A model generated the notes under the pieces. It did not search any database, had not been told where the DNA came from, and worked only from the letters and a program-made list of their open reading frames with translations. The position numbers and the translations under genes are program-made. 64,000 nt of DNA from Oculina patagonica (taxonomy: Eukaryota), in assembly GCF_052425735.1 (NCBI RefSeq), contig NC_135764.1, positions 30,070,001 to 30,134,000 on the forward strand. The letters run 5' to 3'. Positions 62,772 through 64,000 of the stretch are shown here, piece after piece (positions within the stretch are counted from its first letter, which is position 1; each line of letters starts with the position of its first letter).

Positions 62772-63439
62772 TGAAATAAAGCAATTTGCAACATGTGTTA
62801 CAAATATTGTATGTTTATTTATCATTAAAAAAAATGATTGGAACCGTTACATTTAGCATATTTTTTAATAATTTAGGACATAAATATATTATTCATTTAT
62901 AGAGCTAAATTGGAAAAGTTGAATTATTATAAATATCTGAGAGATGCAAATGCGGCCATACTACTGAAAATCTGAAAAAAAATTCAGGCTCTGAGCATTG
63001 CTACTGCTGGACGCACATTCACTTATTTTTTAATTATTATATTTGACAGAAGTATTTATTTCTGCCAGGCAGGGTCACCCACCGGTATTCAAGTAACACA
63101 TGTACAGTTACAATATAAATTGAATCTATCTTTTATATGAAGAATTTTTGAGTTTATGGAGATAATTGTTACTGTGATTGTTTTGTAATTACAACAAAAG
63201 TAGATCTGTCAACACCTTAGTTAGTGATGTAGGTTTGTATTAAAAGAATTACAGAGACAATAAACTTTTATTACTTTGAAATCTTACGTGAATTGTGTTA
63301 GTAGACATAATGCTAAGAAGGTCCTTGCAAGAAGATTCCCTTGATGTTAACTTGCACATTCATTGCTTTTGGATTGTACCCTTTACAGATCCCAGATGTA
63401 CATTAATGATGATGTACATCACATTCAAATAACTCAGTA

Positions 63440-64000
63440 AAAGGTTATCTTTCCCTGACATTAAAATTAATGGACATTAGATGTGTCATCGTATCTGAAA
63501 GAGTGATATCCTTCCTTACTGTTCCTTTAAGTGGAACATTTAAATAAACTTAAAGTTTATCCTTTAATTACATTTAAGTGACATTTAATGGGGCATAGAA
63601 TCTTAAAGATTCCTTTCCAGTTCTTTAAGCTGCCACTTAAAGTCTCTTTGAACTTAAGGTTATCTTTACATTACATTTAAGTGACATTTAACTTGGCAAA
63701 GTATCCTAAAGATTCCTTTCTTGTTCTTTAAGCTGCCACTTAAATGTTCTTAAAGCAGTCTTAACTGGTCCTTTAAGTTAAACGCTTTAAGTCACTTAAA
63801 CGTGACCATTCCTTAACCTTTAAGTCACATTTAATGTGTCCAAGCATCTTAAAGATTTCATTTAATTCCTTTAATTTATCACTTAAAATTTCTTAAAACA
63901 TCATTTAATGCATCTTTAAGTGCATTTCTTAAAGATGCATTAAATGGTTCATTATTGAATTTAAGTGATCCACTTAAAGATTAAGAAAAGAAACATTTAA
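63440..64000 (-). repeat. TTAA-rich subterminal repeats, inverted relative to 24830-25107
   Basis: TTTAAGTGACATTTAA at 63573 and 63676 is the reverse complement of 24871-24886; runs off the window end. Confidence 0.65.

Overview
Eukaryotic, AT-rich animal genomic DNA with two N gaps. The GPCR families and repeat types suggest a cnidarian, probably a stony coral; this is inference, not a database result. Bases 1-24.8 kb hold seven class A GPCR loci with uninterrupted coding regions, interspersed with many MITEs. Four are tandem neuropeptide-receptor-like paralogs with an unusual NPxxC motif (one has an in-frame TGA), one is adenosine/amine-receptor-like, and two form a damaged head-to-head paralog pair. 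At 24830 the last GPCR is cut in TM6 by a CACAG-ended, TTAA-rich terminus, and the inverted counterpart of those subterminal repeats reappears at 63.4-64 kb. The remaining ~39 kb may therefore be one giant CACTA/EnSpm-like insertion. It contains a palindromic Penelope-like retroelement with ~1.8-kb near-identical arms, each ending in a hammerhead ribozyme, and a ~50-copy 69-bp satellite split by a solo LTR. It also contains a frameshifted Rep-helicase-endonuclease Helentron with extra C2H2 fingers, a 9.3-kb non-autonomous CACTG element, a foldback element, hAT/Kolobok/piggyBac/Harbinger derivatives nested up to about six levels deep, and two long palindromes. No rRNA, tRNA or CRISPR was recognised. 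Superfamily labels rest on termini and target-site duplications (TSDs) read by eye.
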